Shown here: positions 59,675-64,000 of the stretch, piece by piece
Layout: each line of letters opens with the position of its first letter
Numbering within the stretch: the first letter of the stretch is position 1
Assembly: GCF_001194135.2 (NCBI RefSeq)
Contig: NC_068986.1
Span: 95,943,700-96,007,699 of the forward strand
Source: Octopus bimaculoides
Taxonomy: Eukaryota
DNA: 64,000 nt
Reading direction: 5' to 3'
Translations under genes and position numbers: made by a program
Notes under the pieces: generated by a model
Told to the model about the DNA's origin: nothing
What the model saw: the letters and a program-made list of their open reading frames with translations, nothing else
Database searches by the model: none

Positions 59675-62600
59675 GACACAATGAGGATATTTAAACCTCT
59701 TATAGGGATATTTATATTCAAGATACACTGGTTTGATATTTTGTATTTTGAAGAAATATTTCTTCAATGAATATCAAATATTATTATCGCAGCTCATATA
59801 TTCCCTTCGTTATGATGTTACCTGAGCATGACTGCAGCTGAATGGCTGTTACTGGGGTGAAATACTATGAGACTATGTCTTCATCATTCTCATTGTGTCT
59901 ACTTTTCCATTCTTAAATTGTGCATGTGTATGTGTATCCATCCATGCTGAAATTGTGTATATGTATGTATATATATATATATATNNNNNNNNNNNNNNNN
60001 NNNNNNNNNNNNNNNNNNNNNNNNNNNNNNNNNNNNNNNNNNNNNNNNNNNNNNNNNNNNNNNNNNNNNNNNNNNNNNNNNNNNNNNNNNNNNNNNNNNN
60101 NNNNNNNNNNNNNNNNNNNNNNNNNNNNNNNNNNNNNNNNNNNNNNNNNNNNNNNNNNNNNNNNNNNNNNNNNNNNNNNNNNNNNNNNNNNNNNNNNNNN
60201 NNNNNNNNNNNNNNNNNNNNNNNNNNNNNNNNNNNNNNNNNNNNTCGGTTGGCCACACCCATATACCATTAGTTGGACAGGTGTGCAATTTTGTATCACT
60301 GTTTACATACCTTTTTTTAACCTTGTTTCAGATGATGCCCAAAAATTAGATTTGATCAAGATTTTGTCTGGATATCTGAAAATTTTAGGTGAGTTTTTCA
60401 ATTTTAAGTTCCTCTTATGCTTTATTTCTTTATTGGCTGTTGTTTTTATTTAGCACGTGGTCAGCCCTGATCCAACAGGTCAATATTCAAACTCATTGCA
60501 AATGTGACCTTTCCTTTCTTTTCTTCTTTTTTTTAAAGCATAATGTATCTAGGAAAATATTATCTAATGGTTCTTTATTTTTTTAAGTCTGTAAGGTGTA
60601 ATTTGAAAGACATTTAGCTACTATTTCTAGTAAATTGAGCAATTGCATAGGGGCTGTCTTGGAAATAGTAAAAGTTGTATGCCTTAGTCCTTGATTGTTC
60701 TTCCTGATCAAACCTATGGCATAGAAGTATGTTTGAGAATGGTGTTGCACTTTAGACATTCTGCATCACACTCTGTTGTACAGGGTTTGGTAATGTGTAG
60801 TGGTTGATGACATACAGTGGTTGCTGATATACTGTGGTTTGTTGTGTGCAGCAGTGTGGTTTTTTATATATATATTTTGGGTTCAGTTTCACTGCGTGGC
60901 ACTTTGGGCAAGTGTCTTCTACTGTAGCCTTGCACTGACCAAAGCCTTGTGAGTGGATTTGGTAGACAGAAACTGAAAGAAGCCCGTCACACACACATAT
61001 ATGCCTTTGTGTTTGTCCTCCCACCATTGCTTGATAACCGATGTTAGTGTGTTTATGTCCTTGTAACTTAACACTTTGGTAAAAGAAACTGATACAATAA
61101 GTATTAGGCTTACAAAGAATAAATCCTGGGGTCAATTTCTTCCTCTAAAACGCTTTAAGGCAGTGCTCCAGCATGGCTGTACTCAAATGGCTGAAACATG
61201 TAAAAGAATATGTGTGTGTTTATTTGTGTCTGTGTTTATTCCCCGCCACCACTTGACAACTGGTGTTGGTGTGTTTACATCCCTATAAATTAGCAGTTAG
61301 GCAAAAGTGATAGAATAAGTACCAGGCTTTAGAAAAAAAGCACTAGGATCAATTCATTTGACTGAAGATTCTTCAGGGTGGTGCCCCAGCATGGCCACAG
61401 TCTAATAACTGAAACAAATAAAAGATCAGGTAAGAGTGTAGTCCTGATATCAACAGTTTTAGTGTTCATTTTCAATAGAATAAAAGTGATCTATACTATA
61501 AACCTAATTTACTTACTAGTTCTGCCATCACTACTGCAACAAGTATGATGAATGTTATGCTTCACTGATGAAGTCAGAATAATACTAAAACATGTCCAGA
61601 GTTACATCTCATACTTACGGAAATCCTGAAAATGCTATTAGTATTCTGTTTTAATACACTGGATCTTAATTTCTTGTTAACTTTTTGAATCTCTCCACAT
61701 TGTTAGCATTAACTTAATTATTGTTTTTTACTCATTTGCACATATGAATGATTATAATAATATTAAGAATTATAAGTAGATTTGTGGCAGTCAATCATAA
61801 CCATAGTTCTGTGTAATAAAATGGATATATTTGAATTATTGTCACTTTACTCTTTAAAGTTGTTGGTATTAGGAAGAGCATCCTGCTATAAAAAAAACCC
61901 ATGACATTTACAGCTCACTTGAGCAAGATGTAATCATTGATCCATCCAAGAGGGCAATAACTCCAAATAAGTATATTGTTGCTGATGATACAACTCAAAT
62001 CACTATAGAAAAGAATCACATGACAGATTCTTCAAGCTGAACCAACCAGCAGGAGACTTGGGAGTAGACCAAGAATGAAATGGTTGGATAATATCCGTAA
62101 TCTCAGTTGGTCTCACTTGGAAATTCAACTGGAAAGTGTAATGATAATTGCTTCTGATAGGATCCTATGGAATGGGTGCCTTATGATTCTACCCTCACAA
62201 CCCTCCCAGGAATAGTGAGCAGAGAAAATGGATGGATACATAAGATAATGTAGTCCTAGTTATCCCATAATGGTTACGCAAAGAATGCTCAACTTTTGCC
62301 AGCTTGGAGCTAAAGAACAGCATTTAATCACAACATATCTGTTAGCTACAGCCATATTAAAACATGTCACATTTATGGCATTGCCACATGTCACAGCTCT
62401 CACTGTATTATCAACATGTTACAACACCTGTCCTCTTTGCCCTACAATGTGGCATGTGTGTGTGTGTGTGTGTGTTGTATTTTAGATAACAACATTCTTT
62501 ATATGCTGTCACACCTGGCCTCTTCACCTCCCAACATGTAGTGTTTATTATATTCCAGGTAAAAACATCAACAACATGTTGAACAGCTATCCACATCTAA

Positions 62601-62690
62601 AGAGGTTTTCTCTGGCACTTGTCCAAGTTTTAGAATTTGACTGTTCCAACATCAAGATTGTAGAAGAAACAAGTCATATGTTAGGAGAAG
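50506..62690 (+). CDS. TTI1: TELO2-interacting protein 1 (TTT complex), 10 firm 5' coding exons, gene continues beyond window
   Basis: Phase-consistent chain. Translation matches the TTI1 N-terminal HEAT region: [53 protein letters not shown]...[45 protein letters not shown]. Confidence 0.93.
51633..51775 (+). CDS. TTI1: TTI1 exon ([11 protein letters not shown]...SNNK)
   Basis: tttttag acceptor, GTGAGT donor, phase 2 to 1. Confidence 0.9.
52370..52445 (+). CDS. TTI1: TTI1 exon ([24 protein letters not shown])
   Basis: atttcag acceptor, GTAAAT donor. Confidence 0.92.
52967..53352 (-). mobile_element. tRNA-derived SINE (OR1-like), second copy
   Basis: Reverse complement of 12561-12953 over its whole length. 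Confidence 0.85.
54064..54215 (+). CDS. TTI1: TTI1 exon ([23 protein letters not shown]...LSLYDN)
   Basis: cagcag tandem acceptor, GTAAGA donor. Confidence 0.9.
54545..54663 (+). CDS. TTI1: TTI1 exon ([21 protein letters not shown]...QGHQVIK)
   Basis: tttgtag acceptor, GTAAGA donor. Confidence 0.93.
54993..55086 (+). CDS. TTI1: TTI1 exon ([18 protein letters not shown])
   Basis: ctctag acceptor, GTGAGT donor. Confidence 0.9.
55500..55870 (+). mobile_element. Penelope-like reverse transcriptase relic
   Basis: [11 protein letters not shown]...[12 protein letters not shown] (compare QxxGxAMG), frameshift to [16 protein letters not shown], then EKELPFSDI. Confidence 0.72.
55937..56117 (+). CDS. 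TTI1: TTI1 exon ([20 protein letters not shown]...ILNNCT)
   Basis: atttcag acceptor, GTAACT donor. Confidence 0.93.
58194..58503. mobile_element. Degenerate MITE with TACCGTA-type (Tc2/pogo-like) termini
   Basis: Left TACTATATATACTTGCGGATAGGTCGCAC versus reverse complement of right end TACCATATATCCTAGCATATAGGTCACAC (23/29 by eye). Confidence 0.65.
58648..58856 (+). CDS. TTI1: TTI1 exon ([14 protein letters not shown]...[12 protein letters not shown])
   Basis: ttttcag acceptor, GTGAGA donor. Confidence 0.94.
59371..59437. repeat. (TA)n microsatellite; others at 21471-21521, 59005-59037, 56857-56892; (CA)n at 22589-22620
   Basis: Read directly. Confidence 0.95.
60332..60388 (+). CDS. TTI1: TTI1 exon ([20 protein letters not shown])
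   Basis: tgtttcag acceptor, GTGAGT donor. Confidence 0.92.
60870..61430 (+). mobile_element. tRNA/CORE-like SINE with tandem duplicate of its 3' half
   Basis: CTTTGGGCAAGTGTCTTCTACT CORE-like motif; 3' half repeated at about 61020-61210 and 61230-61430; fragments at 7545-7880(-), 23030-23200, 25165-25310, 36795-36905(-). Confidence 0.7.
62559..62690 (+). CDS. TTI1: TTI1 exon ([27 protein letters not shown]...LGE)
   Basis: tattccag acceptor, GTGAGT donor. Confidence 0.93.
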
Positions 62691-64000
62691 GTGAGTTTAT
62701 AAAATTTCAGAAATTGTGTGTGCATGCGCACACATGTATGCACATGCATACATATATGTGAGTGTACTGATTATCTTTACTTTTATTTGCTCATTTCAGT
62801 TTGATATGTAATTAAATGCAGCTCTGTGCATGAACTGTTACACATGATAAATCAGTAACTTTAAAACTTTTTAATTACCGTTTCCTTCCTTTTACGAACA
62901 CATTGTTTTAAAACTATAAGTTCTCAGTTCAATTCTAAATTAATCCTTGAAATGAATTTAAATTACTAAATTTGATTGATAGCAGTTAGTTTGATAAGAT
63001 GTATGAAAGCTAGAGTCTGGCTGATAAGAATCTAACTAATCAAAGATTGGCTGATTAGAAACTTCGTAATGAGGTAATCAGTGACTAGATAACCTAGAGT
63101 TAGTTGCTCAGGAACTGGCAAGTCAAGAGTTAGATGATCTAGATGTGAATTAAATCAAGCTGTATTGAGAATGTTGATCAGATGTAGGGACGTAAATAGT
63201 TAATAATAGAGATTATCTGGAGATGTTGGACAAAAGTGGTGGTGGTGACAGGTGGCAGGCTAATGATAACCATCGTGGTAACAATGTTGATAGAAATAAT
63301 TTTTTCCACTATAGGTACAAGGCCCAAAGTTTGTGGGAGATGAAGCTAGTCGATTATATGAATCCCAGTGCTTGACTGGTATTTATTTTATTGACTCCAA
63401 AGAATGAAAGTCAAAGCCAACCTCCATGAACATAAAGATGGATGAACTGCTGCTAAGTGTTTTGTCTGATGTGCTAATGATTCTGCCAGCTTGTCATCTT
63501 AGTGTTGATAAAAATGATACAATAGTGGTAATGAGGAGGAGGGAAATAGTGACAGTGGCAAGGGTGGTGGTGGTGATGATGATGATGATGACATGGGTGA
63601 GTGACAGTAGTGATAATAATGATGAAGACCCGTGGGCGATACCAGTGTTGCATAACCAGCCCATTAAAAGTGCCCTTGAATCGTCAGGCTGTACTTGAGA
63701 AGACTTATTGAGTAAAGTAAAATCAAAATCGAAATCAAATTGGAAATCATAGTTGTAGCCGATGCCAGTGCCGCCTGACTGGCACCTATGCTGGTGGCAC
63801 ATAAGTACCATTCGAGCATGGGTCGATGCTTGACTGGCTCCCCATGTCGGTGACACGTAAAAAGCACCTTCCGAATGTAGTCGATGTCAGTGCCCCCAGA
63901 CTGGCTCCTGTGCCGGTGGCATGTATAAAAAACACAATCTAAATGTGGTCGATGCCAGTGTCAACTGACTTGCTCTCGCGCTGGTGGCACACAAAACGCA

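Overview
AT-rich, repeat-dense, intron-rich animal DNA, most likely an octopus (inferred from the SINE and LINE families). It contains six assembly gaps. Two protein-coding genes lie on the + strand. (1) The 3' 27 exons of a FANCJ/BRIP1 Fe-S helicase gene (263-44175) splice into one uninterrupted frame of about 1298 codons plus stop; motif I and the start lie upstream of the window. One intron has a GC donor, motif II reads DEGH, and the protein ends in a four-exon Cys-rich, Yippee/Mis18-like domain. (2) The 5' exons of TTI1 (50506-62690, probable ATG micro-exon at 48629) continue past the window end. A CpG-enriched region between the genes (about 47200-48650) carries a possible divergent minus-strand spliced ORF. 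Introns hold tRNA-derived SINEs, RTE LINE relics, an RLE-type LINE relic, a Penelope-like RT relic, a full-length decayed mariner, Tc1/mariner fragments, a MITE and microsatellites. The most unusual object is a tRNA-headed element at about 5347-5680 that carries a minimal type I hammerhead ribozyme fold and an inverted terminal duplication, consistent with a Penelope-mobilised SINE or retrozyme. All coordinates and translations were read by eye; no searches were run.
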